Of a DNA stretch of 49,730 bases, positions 16,129 through 24,481 are shown one piece after another. The position numbers were made by a program, and so were the translations under genes. The first letter of the stretch is position 1, and every line of letters starts with the position of its first letter. The notes under the pieces were generated by a model, which did no database searches, was not told the origin of the DNA, and saw only the letters and a list, made by a program, of their open reading frames with translations. The stretch comes from Candidatus Eiseniibacteriota bacterium (GTDB taxonomy: Bacteria > Orphanbacterota > Orphanbacteria > Orphanbacterales > Orphanbacteraceae). Location: positions 1 through 49,730 of the forward strand of contig JBDROZ010000081.1 in NCBI GenBank assembly GCA_043809585.1. The letters are read 5' to 3'.

Positions 16129-17820
16129 TCATCGGTCGGCGTTCCTCACGCGGACCCGTTCGTAGAAACAGATGTTGAGCGGGTTCGTGCAGTTCGGCTC
16201 CCAATCCCCCACCCGGGGCGAGACGATCTGGCTCTCTCGCTCATGATGGAGGAAGATCGCCGCCTCGTCCCGAACGAGCATCTTCTCCAGCCTCCGGGCG
16301 ATCAGGGTCCGCTCCTCCTGCTCCCGGGTGTCACAGAAGAGGTGGAAGAGCGAGTCGTACGCCTCGTCCCGGTACCGCCCGAAGTTCTCGGAGGAGCGGG
16401 AGTAGAACAGCTTGAGAAAGGTGAGCGGTTCCGGGTAGTCCGCGATCCACCCGGCCCGGAAGAGGTCCGGCCCGCCCTCCCCGATGAGCGCGTAGTACGC
16501 CGCCGGAGTGTAGGTGGCGAACTCGACGGGAACGCCGATCTCCCGCACTGCCGCGGCGACGGCGTTCCCCACACCGGCGTCCCAAGACGGCCAGGCGATC
16601 CGGAGGGGAGGAAGACCCTTCCCTTCCGGACACCCCGCTTCCCGAAGGAGTTCCCGGGCCCTCTCCAGATCCTGCCCCTGCCCCTCCAGCTCCGGGTCGT
16701 ACCCGGGAAGGCCGGGCGGAAAGAGACCGCGGGCCGGGAGCGGCATTCGGCCGAGCGGCCTCGGGATGGCGCAGCCCAGAGCCTCACGAAGCGTGCGTCT
16801 CCGGACCGCGGGATGGCCGGAGCGGAAATCGAACGCGATGAAGATCGTGTTGAGGCGCGGCACGAAGAAGACCTGTTCCACTTGCCGCGGCGGCGGGAAT
16901 TCCGGCCCGCCCATCCCCTCCTCCCCCGGAATCGGCCGCGCGGCGGAGCGGACGTAGCTCGACATCATGTCGATCCTCCCCTCGGCATAGAGACGGACGC
17001 CGTCGCCGCGCCAGACCGGGACGAAGCGGAGCGCATCGACGTACGGGAGGCGCTCGCCGTCTTCATCTCTCCGCCAGTACCCCCTGTTCCGCACGAGAAG
17101 GATCCCCGAGAGAGGGTCCCACGAGGCGAGCCGGAACGGGCCGCTCCCCGCGGCCCGGATTCGGAGCTCCTCTCCGTAGCTCTCGACCGCCTCCCGGGGG
17201 ACGATGCGGAAACGGATGTGGGCGATCTCGTGCAGAAGGGTCGGGTTCGGCCGGAGAAGGCGAATCACGAGGGTCGAGGGGGAGAGCGCCTCGATTCCGC
17301 GGACGTGGTCGCTCTCGCCGGCGAGATACTCCCCGACCCCCACGACCGTGGAGAGCTCCCTCTCGGCGGCGGTCGCGCCCGGCGCCTTCAGGCCCCTCTC
17401 CATCGAGTATTTGGCGTCGGCCGCCTCGACCTCGCGGCCCTTTCCTCCGGGGAAGCAAGGATCATCCACAAAGCGAACGCCCCGGTGCAGCAAGAAGGTC
17501 CATTCGAGACCGGCTTCGGCGACGGACCATTCCTCGGCGATCCGGGGAACGACCGCGAGGGTGTTCGGATCGTAATCGACGAGCCCCTCGTAGAGCTGCC
17601 GGACGACGTTGTAGGTCAGGATTTCGCCTCCCTCGACGGGGTCGAGGCTTCGAATGTCCCGGGGGAGGGGAACCCGAAGTTCAGCGCACCCGCTCTCCGG
17701 CGGGCGTGAGTCAGGGGAGCAGGAGATGAAACACACCGTCCCGGGAATCATGAGAAGAAGCAAGATCCGGAACCGCGCTCGGCCAGCGAGCGCCCGTGAG
17801 GAAGGATCGGCGCCGTGCAT
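16129..17820 (-). CDS. ABC-type substrate-binding lipoprotein, family 5 (peptide/nickel-like)
   Basis: Lipobox-like FISC, SLDP, QLYEGLV, PRIAEEW, GVRF.DDPCFPGGKGREV, GSGPFRL and GWIADYPEP motifs. Start codon is uncertain. Confidence 0.88.
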   Translation of the reverse strand: MHGADPSSRALAGRARFRILLLLMIPGTVCFISCSPDSRPPESGCAELRVPLPRDIRSLDPVEGGEILTYNVVRQLYEGLVDYDPNTLAVVPRIAEEWSVAEAGLEWTFLLHRGVRFVDDPCFPGGKGREVEAADAKYSMERGLKAPGATAAERELSTVVGVGEYLAGESDHVRGIEALSPSTLVIRLLRPNPTLLHEIAHIRFRIVPREAVESYGEELRIRAAGSGPFRLASWDPLSGILLVRNRGYWRRDEDGERLPYVDALRFVPVWRGDGVRLYAEGRIDMMSSYVRSAARPIPGEEGMGGPEFPPPRQVEQVFFVPRLNTIFIAFDFRSGHPAVRRRTLREALGCAIPRPLGRMPLPARGLFPPGLPGYDPELEGQGQDLERARELLREAGCPEGKGLPPLRIAWPSWDAGVGNAVAAAVREIGVPVEFATYTPAAYYALIGEGGPDLFRAGWIADYPEPLTFLKLFYSRSSENFGRYRDEAYDSLFHLFCDTREQEERTLIARRLEKMLVRDEAAIFLHHERESQIVSPRVGDWEPNCTNPLNICFYERVRVRNADR

Positions 17821-17867
17821 CGGGTGGTTCTCCTCGGCCGGGGTGCCCTTGAACTCCCGCGTGCCCT

Positions 17868-17896
17868 ATCCTACACCCTCCGGAGCAGGCGGCCAA
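17868..17896 (-). promoter_or_regulatory. Putative sigma-70 promoter for the SBP-kinase-regulator operon
   Basis: TTGGCC-17 nt-TAGGAT on the minus strand, 47 nt upstream of the SBP ORF. Confidence 0.35.
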
Positions 17897-18169
17897 GCCC
17901 GCTCGCTCGGAGACCGTCGCCGGAAAACCCGGGCTCCCGACGGCGATCTCGAGGAGGCCGGGCATGAACCCGTGGAACCTCTCCGGGCCGGACGATCGGG
18001 GCCGGGCGGTCAAGCCTTGATTCTCCATGAGATCTCGGCCGGCCCGCCCGGGTGATGATCCGGCTCTCGGGCGCGGGCCCCACGCTGTGCGGCGGGGCGG
18101 CTCGATGCCGGGGCCGGCGCGCGAGAGCTGTTTGAGCAAGCCGGCCCTGATCCCCCGGCTCCCCCGAGA

Positions 18170-18598
18170 TCAGCTCATGATGTACTTTTCGAGTTCCTGG
18201 ATCGTGAACTCATGGTCGGAGATGACCTTCTTGACCACATCGCCGATGCTGACGATGCCGACGAGCTTCTTCCCTTCCACGACCGGGAGATGGCGGATCT
18301 TGGAGTTCGTCATGATCTGCATGCACGTGTCGATCGAGTCATCGGGACTGATGCAGTAAATCCGGGAGGTCATCATCTCCCGGACCGGCGAACTCTTGGA
18401 CGACTTGCCGTGGAGAACCACTTTGCGGGCGTAGTCCCGCTCCGAGAAGATACCGACCACCTTGTCTCCCTCCACGACGGGGAGGGCGCCCACGTTCTTC
18501 TCCGCCATCATCTGGAGGGCGTCGTAGACGAGGACGTCGGGGGCGATGAACCAGATATCCTTCCCCTTGGCATTCAATAGTAGTCGGACGTTGGGCAT
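18170..18598 (-). CDS. CBS-domain protein
   Basis: Tandem CBS pair: NVGALPVV..GIFSERDYARKV and IRHLPVV..GIVSIGDVVK. Confidence 0.93.
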   Translation of the reverse strand: MPNVRLLLNAKGKDIWFIAPDVLVYDALQMMAEKNVGALPVVEGDKVVGIFSERDYARKVVLHGKSSKSSPVREMMTSRIYCISPDDSIDTCMQIMTNSKIRHLPVVEGKKLVGIVSIGDVVKKVISDHEFTIQELEKYIMS

Positions 18599-18687
18599 GG
18601 TCTTCTCCTTCCCCCCGGGTTTCCGGCCCGCGGCGCGGGGGGGGCGGACCTTACCGCATCCCCGCCCCGCGGACCGGCCTTTGTATA

Positions 18688-18716
18688 ACTATGAACGGTG
18701 GAGGGCGCCGGGTCAA
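18688..18716 (-). promoter_or_regulatory. Putative sigma-70 promoter of the CBS gene
   Basis: TTGACC-17 nt-CATAGT on the minus strand, in an AT-rich patch. Confidence 0.35.
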
Positions 18717-18762
18717 CGGCGGGGTTCGGCCTTGATAAGGTGAGGGCGGTGTTCCCGACCGG

Positions 18763-19632
18763 TCAGGCGAGAGCCAGCAGAAGCTCCGATTTCTCGGCCT
18801 TCTCACGGATCTGCTCCACCACCTCGGGGATGTCGGCCACCGTGAGGCCGAGGCGTTTCCAGACCTCGTGATCATAGGCGGGAGCGCCGTCCCCGCTGCG
18901 GGCGAGCCCCTCCAGGTTGCAGATGTAGTTGGCCGTGTGGACCATTTCCACGAGATCCCGGTGCTCGGCGTCGGCCGACCGGGTTTCGTGATGCCACCGG
19001 ATGACCTGGATCAGGTCGGGGGAGAGATTCCACCGGATGCCGAGCCATGAGCCGACTTCGGCGTGGTTCGCTCCGATGACCCGCTCCTCGGCGGTCTGGA
19101 GCGGAATGCTCTCGGCCCGCGAGATGCCGAGGGCCGAGACGAATTCATCGTGGAAGAAGCCGTCCAGGACGATCTTGCCCATGTCGTGAAGCAGGCCGGC
19201 CAAGTGCAGGACGTCCCTCCCGTAGAGCCCGGCGAGATGGTCCTGGGCCCGATCGTAGATTACCATGGCGCCGATGCCGGTGATGATCGAGTGCCTCCAG
19301 AACTCCTCGCGCTCCGAGGGACCTCCCGGTCCTTCACCGAAGGCGCCGAAGACGGAGGTGGAGATCGCCACGTTGTGGACCGCGTTCATTCCCATGCGGG
19401 CCACCGCTTCCCGAACCGAGGAGATCGGCCTGCTCCCGGCGTAGAAGACGGAGTTCACCGTTTTCAGTACCCGGGCGGTGATGGCCGGGTCGTCCTCGAT
19501 GATCCGGGAGACCCGGCGGGCGTCCGAGTTCGGGTCCCTGATCACGCACCCGAGCCTCTCGATCACCGCCGGGAGGGTGGGCAGTCTGTCGATCGCCTGG
19601 AGTTCCCGGAATATGTCTCGCCGGTCCTTCAT
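18763..19632 (-). CDS. HDOD-domain protein
   Basis: LPTLP, DPAITARVLK.VNS, FWRHS, GLLHDMGK, H.EVG.WL..RW and RWHH motifs. Confidence 0.92.
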   Translation of the reverse strand: MKDRRDIFRELQAIDRLPTLPAVIERLGCVIRDPNSDARRVSRIIEDDPAITARVLKTVNSVFYAGSRPISSVREAVARMGMNAVHNVAISTSVFGAFGEGPGGPSEREEFWRHSIITGIGAMVIYDRAQDHLAGLYGRDVLHLAGLLHDMGKIVLDGFFHDEFVSALGISRAESIPLQTAEERVIGANHAEVGSWLGIRWNLSPDLIQVIRWHHETRSADAEHRDLVEMVHTANYICNLEGLARSGDGAPAYDHEVWKRLGLTVADIPEVVEQIREKAEKSELLLALA

Positions 19633-19694
19633 GGTGCTCCACCTGTCGCGGGGGGCCCCCGGTTCACTCGCCGTGAGAAACGCTTACCTCCCAA

Positions 19695-19721
19695 GTATCG
19701 TCCGGTCCGCCTAGAAATTGA
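19695..19721 (-). promoter_or_regulatory. Putative sigma-28 (FliA) promoter for the HDOD gene
   Basis: TCAA-15 nt-GACGATAC against the consensus TAAA-N15-GCCGATAA. Confidence 0.5.
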
Positions 19722-19766
19722 GGGGCCTCGGCCGCCCCCCTGCGCCGGACCGGGCGCCCCACAGGG

Positions 19767-19793
19767 TAAAGTTTCCGGGATAAATGCCGATAG
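19767..19793 (+). promoter_or_regulatory. sigma-28 (FliA) promoter for cheD-HDOD
   Basis: TAAAGTTTCCGGGATAAATGCCGATAG, a near-perfect TAAAGTTT-N11-GCCGATAA match. Confidence 0.85.
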
Positions 19794-19856
19794 CCGGAGT
19801 AGGTCGTGACCGTGCCATCGCCGGCGCATCGGGGCCCGGCGCTCCGGGGACCGAAC

Positions 19857-20435
19857 ATGGGAATCGGGAAACAGGAGCCGACGGCCCTTCGAACAAATGG
19901 TTCGAAGGGGATTCCGAATCCCCGAACCGCGTCGGGGCCGCCCTCGCTCGTGGGCGGGAACATCCTCACCGTCCACATCTCCAACCTCAAGGTGAGCAAC
20001 GACCCCAAAGACGTGCTGGTCACGTACGCCCTCGGATCGTGCATCGCCGTGGTCATTCACGACCCCGTCCGAGTGGCGGGCGGGATGATCCACTTCATGC
20101 TCCCCCGGTCGGGCGTCTCCCCCGCCAAGGCGGTGGCGAACCCGGCCATGTATGCCGACACCGGCGTCCCCCTCCTCTTCCGGCGCATGTACGAGCTCGG
20201 ATCGGCCCGGGAAGACCTGGTGGTCAAGGTCGTCGGCGGAGGCAATCTGTACGATCCGGAGGGGACCTACAACATCGGGGAGCGGAATTACGGGGCCCTC
20301 CGGGAGGTCTTCGAGAAGCACGGCATCCCGATCGCCGCCGAAGACGTGGGCGGATCGGAATCCCGAACGGCCCGGCTTCACGTCGGGACCGGCATCGTCG
20401 TCGTTCGATCCCGGGGGAGAGAGGTGGAGCTGTGA
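19857..20435 (+). CDS. cheD: Chemoreceptor glutamine deamidase CheD
   Basis: LVTYALGSCIAV..HDP, GGMIHFMLP, YADTG, VKVVGGG, IGERN and EDVGG..SRT motifs. Start codon is uncertain. Confidence 0.92.
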   Translation: MGIGKQEPTALRTNGSKGIPNPRTASGPPSLVGGNILTVHISNLKVSNDPKDVLVTYALGSCIAVVIHDPVRVAGGMIHFMLPRSGVSPAKAVANPAMYADTGVPLLFRRMYELGSAREDLVVKVVGGGNLYDPEGTYNIGERNYGALREVFEKHGIPIAAEDVGGSESRTARLHVGTGIVVVRSRGREVEL

Positions 20436-21295
20436 GTCCCGTCGACGACATTTTGAAAGAGGTCCGGGACCTGCCGACCCTCCCTTCCGCGATCGCCCGC
20501 CTCTCCGCCCTCGTCGGCGACCCTTCGGCCAACGCGGACGACTTCGAGGCGGTGATCCGCCCCGACCCGTCCCTCACGGCGAACCTCCTCCGCCTGGCCA
20601 ACTCCGCCTATTTCGGGCTCCCCCGGGAGGTGGGATCGGTCCGCCAGGCGGTGATCCTCCTGGGGATCAAGCGGGTCTTCGAGCTGGCCGCGGGCGCCTC
20701 GTTCACCGGCGTGATTCCGGAGCGCATCCCGGGCTACGGCATCAACGCCACCGACTTCTGGCAGCACTCGCTCGCCGTGGCGGCCCTCTCGGAGAGGCTG
20801 GCCTCGGACCTTCGGGTTCAGGTCCCGGACATGACCTTCACGGCCGGCCTCCTCCACGACATCGGCAAGATCGCCGTCGGCGCCTACCTTCAGGGGCGGC
20901 CCGAGGCGCTCGGCGACGAAGCCCGCAAAGAGGGGGTGTTCCTGATCGACGCGGAGCGGGCCTTGATGGGCTTCGACCACGGGGAGGTCGGCGAGACGGT
21001 CGGCGAGCAATGGTCGTTGCCCCCCGCCATCGTCCAGGGCGCCCGGTGGCACCACGCGCCCGGGGACGCTCCTCCCGGCGCGGACCGGACCATGATCGAC
21101 CTGATCCACGCCGCCGACGGCCTCGCCCACGCGCTCGGTCTCGGCGCCGACGTGGGTGAACTCTCGCGGCGGGTCGACGGGGGCGTGATCGAGAGGCTCG
21201 GCATCGGGGTCCAGCGGCTCGAGCGCGTGGCGGGCGAGACGGTCGACGACATCCGCGCCATGGGCGAACTCTTGGCCTCGGGGGCGGCGGTCTAG
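20432..21295 (+). CDS. HDOD-domain protein
   Basis: GTG start overlaps the cheD stop (GTGA). LPTLP, DPSLTANLLRLANSAYFG, FWQHS, GLLHDIGK and RWHH motifs. Confidence 0.92.
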   Translation: MSPVDDILKEVRDLPTLPSAIARLSALVGDPSANADDFEAVIRPDPSLTANLLRLANSAYFGLPREVGSVRQAVILLGIKRVFELAAGASFTGVIPERIPGYGINATDFWQHSLAVAALSERLASDLRVQVPDMTFTAGLLHDIGKIAVGAYLQGRPEALGDEARKEGVFLIDAERALMGFDHGEVGETVGEQWSLPPAIVQGARWHHAPGDAPPGADRTMIDLIHAADGLAHALGLGADVGELSRRVDGGVIERLGIGVQRLERVAGETVDDIRAMGELLASGAAV

Positions 21296-21325
21296 GCGCC
21301 CGGGCCGGCTCTTTCCGAACGAGAG

Positions 21326-21356
21326 AACGCCCGCGATTCCGGGGGTCGCGGGCGTT
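21326..21356. terminator. Hairpin between convergent transcription units
   Basis: AACGCCCGCGA...TCGCGGGCGTT, an 11-bp perfect stem followed by TCCTGTTT on the + strand. Confidence 0.55.
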
Positions 21357-21379
21357 TCCTGTTTCCGGGGGATCTTCGA

Positions 21380-22924
21380 TCAGACCGCCGAAGGCGCCGG
21401 AGCGCTTTCCGCCGGTACCGCCGAACCGGCCCCCGTCCCTCCCCCCCGCGGGGTCAGCCGGTCGGCCAGGCGGGTCAGCTCCCGAGAGACGGCGTTCTCG
21501 GTCCGGATCTCGGCGAAGGGGATGAAGGAGAGCTTCTCGGCGAGCACGGCCGGCATGAACGGGCCCCGTCCCTCCCCGAGCCCCTCGGCGACACCCCACG
21601 CCATCCGCCGGGCCAGGGCGATGTCCTGATTGTTCGGGAGGGCGCCCCGGAGAGACCGGGAGAAGGGCTCGGCCACGATCTTCTTGTTCGACTCGATCCC
21701 GGTCTCCCGGAGAAGGCGGACGAAATGCTCCGCCGCGTTCTCCCCCCGCTCTTTCCGGGACGGATCGTCGGCGGCGAATCCCTCGGCGACGGCGATGACC
21801 CCGTAGTCCCTCCGGTTCAGCTCCTCCATGACGGTCCCGAAGTCCGGTTTCGAGGAGGGGAGCACGGCCATGTGGGCCCGGGCGCCGAGGCAGGAGTAGA
21901 GGGCGTGGAAGCCCCCCCGGGCGCCCATGAACTCGACCACGTAGACCCGCTTGTGGGTCCGGGCGTCGGCCATGTAGCGACGCAGCTTGTCGGCGCCGTA
22001 CTCGACGCCCGTGTGCTGGCCGATGCACTCGGTCCCGGAGACGTCGCTGTCCACGGTCACGGGAACGAAGGCGCAGCGCACGTGCGAGGGGAGACGGCTC
22101 GCGAGTTCCCGGACGCCCATCAGCGTCCCGTTCCCCCCCACCCCGACCAGCGCCCGGACACCCCGGCCGAGAAGGTTCTTTACGGCCCTCATCTGGTTCT
22201 CGGGGTCCTCGAACTCCCGGTAGCGTTCGCTCCGGAACTGGGCGCCCGCCGAGTCGTTCAGGAACGCGGCGTTGAACACGCCGGGGACGTTCTCGATCCG
22301 CCGGTGCTCTCTCTGATCGTAGACGAGACGGGCGAAGTCCCCGTCCCCGCCCGACACGAGCGACCGGAAGCCCTCCCGGGCCGCGTACACCCTCCGGCCC
22401 CGCCGCTCCAGCTCATCGGTCAGAAAGGCCGTGACCGGGTTGTACCCGGGCGCGCAGCCCCCATCCTGAACGACGAGGACGTCCATTTCCCGGTACATCT
22501 GGCGCCGCTGCAGTTCGGGGCCCCGGGAACGGAGCAGCCGCCTTTCCGCCACCTGCAGGAAGGCGGCGAGAACGGCCGGCACGACCGGTTTCCCGAGATA
22601 CCCGTCGGCCCCCCGGGCGAGGGCGTCCCTTTCCCCGTCCCCTCCCGCGCCGGCGACCAGGAAGAAGATGTCCGCCGATTCGGGGCTCGACTTCAGGCGG
22701 GAGCAGATGTCGAAGGCGGAAACGCCCTCCACCGACTCGTCGCAGAGAACGATATCCGGCGTCGTGCGGCGGATCTCGCCGAGCGCCTCCTCGCCGTCCG
22801 CCGAACAGCGCACCTCGTAGTCCCGTCTCTGGAGTTCCCGGCAGAGCCGGAACTGAACTTCCAGATCCGGGTCCACCACGAGAATCCGGAATGGCCGCAT
22901 CACGCCCCCGTCCGCGCTCCCCAT
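21380..22924 (-). CDS. Response-regulator receiver domain fused to a PfkA-family 6-phosphofructokinase-like domain
   Basis: N-terminal ILVVDPD, PDIVLCD and GADGYLGKP. C-terminal DGGCAPGYN, EGFRSL, GVGGNGT, PVTVDSD, VYVVEFMG, IAVAEGF and LRGALP line up with the PfkA motifs GGDAPG, GGDG, PxTIDND, EVMGR, vAEG and QRGG.P. Confidence 0.85.
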   Translation of the reverse strand: MGSADGGVMRPFRILVVDPDLEVQFRLCRELQRRDYEVRCSADGEEALGEIRRTTPDIVLCDESVEGVSAFDICSRLKSSPESADIFFLVAGAGGDGERDALARGADGYLGKPVVPAVLAAFLQVAERRLLRSRGPELQRRQMYREMDVLVVQDGGCAPGYNPVTAFLTDELERRGRRVYAAREGFRSLVSGGDGDFARLVYDQREHRRIENVPGVFNAAFLNDSAGAQFRSERYREFEDPENQMRAVKNLLGRGVRALVGVGGNGTLMGVRELASRLPSHVRCAFVPVTVDSDVSGTECIGQHTGVEYGADKLRRYMADARTHKRVYVVEFMGARGGFHALYSCLGARAHMAVLPSSKPDFGTVMEELNRRDYGVIAVAEGFAADDPSRKERGENAAEHFVRLLRETGIESNKKIVAEPFSRSLRGALPNNQDIALARRMAWGVAEGLGEGRGPFMPAVLAEKLSFIPFAEIRTENAVSRELTRLADRLTPRGGGTGAGSAVPAESAPAPSAV

Positions 22925-22941
22925 GGCCGAACCTCCCCGTC

Positions 22942-24474
22942 TCAAGGCCGCTTCGGCAGTCGAATGGTGAAGACGGCCCCCCGGCCCTCCGCGGTGCCGA
23001 GAGCGATCTCCCCCCCGTGCTCTTCGATGATCTTCTTCGTCACCGCGAGACCGAGTCCGGTCCCCTTGCTCCCCTTGGTCGTGTAGAGGGCGTCGAACAC
23101 GTGCTCCCGGTGCTCCGGCTTCACGCCGGGGCCGTCGTCGCTCACCGTGATCCGGACCGACGGTTCGCCGGGGGCCCATTCGGTGCGTATCTCCACGTCT
23201 CCGCCGTTGTCGACGGCTTCCACGGCATTCGTGATCAGATTGGACAGGCACCGGTAGATGCCGGTCGAGTCGACCGGCACCGGCTCCATCGACTCGTCGA
23301 GAACGAGCCTCGATTCGAACCCCTTCGCCGCCGCGGCCGGCTGCATGGCCGTCGTGATCTCCGTGACGAGCACGTTCAGGTCCTGAGGCTCCCGGGTCGG
23401 CTTTCGGCTCTTCGAGTAATCGAGCATGTCGAGAGTGAACGATGAGATCCGGTCCATGGCGGAGCTGAAAAGCGGGTACGCCCTGCGAACCGCCTCCATG
23501 TCGTCCCGCTGCACGCCCTGCTCGAGAAGGAACCGGGCGCCCCGCATGCTCTGAAGCATGTTCTTGATGTCGTGGGAGAGGCCGGCCATCACCTGGCCGA
23601 TCGTGGCGAGGCGCTCCCGCTGCACCACTTCGCGGTGAAGGAGGGCGTTCTCCACGGCGGTGGCGGCGAGCTGGCAGATTTCGCCCGCCGCCTCGAGCTT
23701 CGGGGAGTCGTGACTCTCCACCGCCGGATTCGCCACCTGCATCACGCCGACCACCCGGGTGCGGCTGACGAGGGGGAGGAACAGAAGGCACTCGAGGTCG
23801 ATCCCCGCCGCCGCCGGGGGGAGGTGGCTCACGTCGGGGTTCTTGAGGAGCAGGGGCTCCCCGACCTCGGCGACCAGTTCTCCCACCGGCCTTCCTTCGA
23901 GAACGATCGCCCCCGTGACCTCTTCGGGGAGGCCGAGGGAAACGGAAGTCACGAACCGGTTGCCGTCCCACTGAAGGACCGATCCGACGTCGCTCCCCAC
24001 GACCTTCATCACCTGTTCCACCGCCCGGGCGAGAACGTACTCGACGTCGAAGCCCCCCACCACGGCGCTCATGGACCGGAGGACCTCCCGGTCGATGAGC
24101 CGGCGGCGCGCCTCCTCTTCCGCCTCGTTCCAGAGGCTCAGCTTGACGAGGGCCGCGGCGAGGTGATCGCCGACGATCTCCAGTTCGTCGGCATCCACGG
24201 GGACGCCGATGCCGAACTCGCCCACCGGATCGCCCCGGAAACGGAGCACCGCCGTCGCCCCCCCCCGCGGCTCCGGCGCGCCGTCCCTACCGGTCCGGGC
24301 GCCGACGCCTCCGAGGCACCTCTCCCCCTCGCCGGGAAGGATCAGCCGCCACGGCACGGGTCCGGCGAGCGCCTCGACCAGATCGCCGCAGGCCCGCTCC
24401 AGCTCCGCCTCGTCGAGGGCGCCGTGCACCGCGGCCAGAGCGCCGGCCCACTCGTTCGTCTTCGTCTCACTCAT
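22942..24474 (-). CDS. Cytoplasmic GAF-domain sensor histidine kinase
   Basis: GAF (LPL....VVGVMQVAN, AVENALL), H-box SHDIKNML, NLITNAVEA, DDGPG, YTTK and GTGLGL. No TM segment seen. Confidence 0.92.
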   Translation of the reverse strand: MSETKTNEWAGALAAVHGALDEAELERACGDLVEALAGPVPWRLILPGEGERCLGGVGARTGRDGAPEPRGGATAVLRFRGDPVGEFGIGVPVDADELEIVGDHLAAALVKLSLWNEAEEEARRRLIDREVLRSMSAVVGGFDVEYVLARAVEQVMKVVGSDVGSVLQWDGNRFVTSVSLGLPEEVTGAIVLEGRPVGELVAEVGEPLLLKNPDVSHLPPAAAGIDLECLLFLPLVSRTRVVGVMQVANPAVESHDSPKLEAAGEICQLAATAVENALLHREVVQRERLATIGQVMAGLSHDIKNMLQSMRGARFLLEQGVQRDDMEAVRRAYPLFSSAMDRISSFTLDMLDYSKSRKPTREPQDLNVLVTEITTAMQPAAAAKGFESRLVLDESMEPVPVDSTGIYRCLSNLITNAVEAVDNGGDVEIRTEWAPGEPSVRITVSDDGPGVKPEHREHVFDALYTTKGSKGTGLGLAVTKKIIEEHGGEIALGTAEGRGAVFTIRLPKRP

Positions 24475-24481
24475 CGGTCCC

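Noticed and set aside
17900-18165. Short ORFs and GC hairpins between the SBP and CBS genes
   Set aside because: No coding motifs or recognisable RNA family were found.
22925-23971. Long N-terminal extensions given by the ORF track for REC-PFK, and likewise for motB, fliD, fliW, the NtrC regulator, the peptidase and the HDOD after cheD
   Set aside because: They overlap upstream genes in other frames. Starts were reset to codons next to the upstream stop or RBS.
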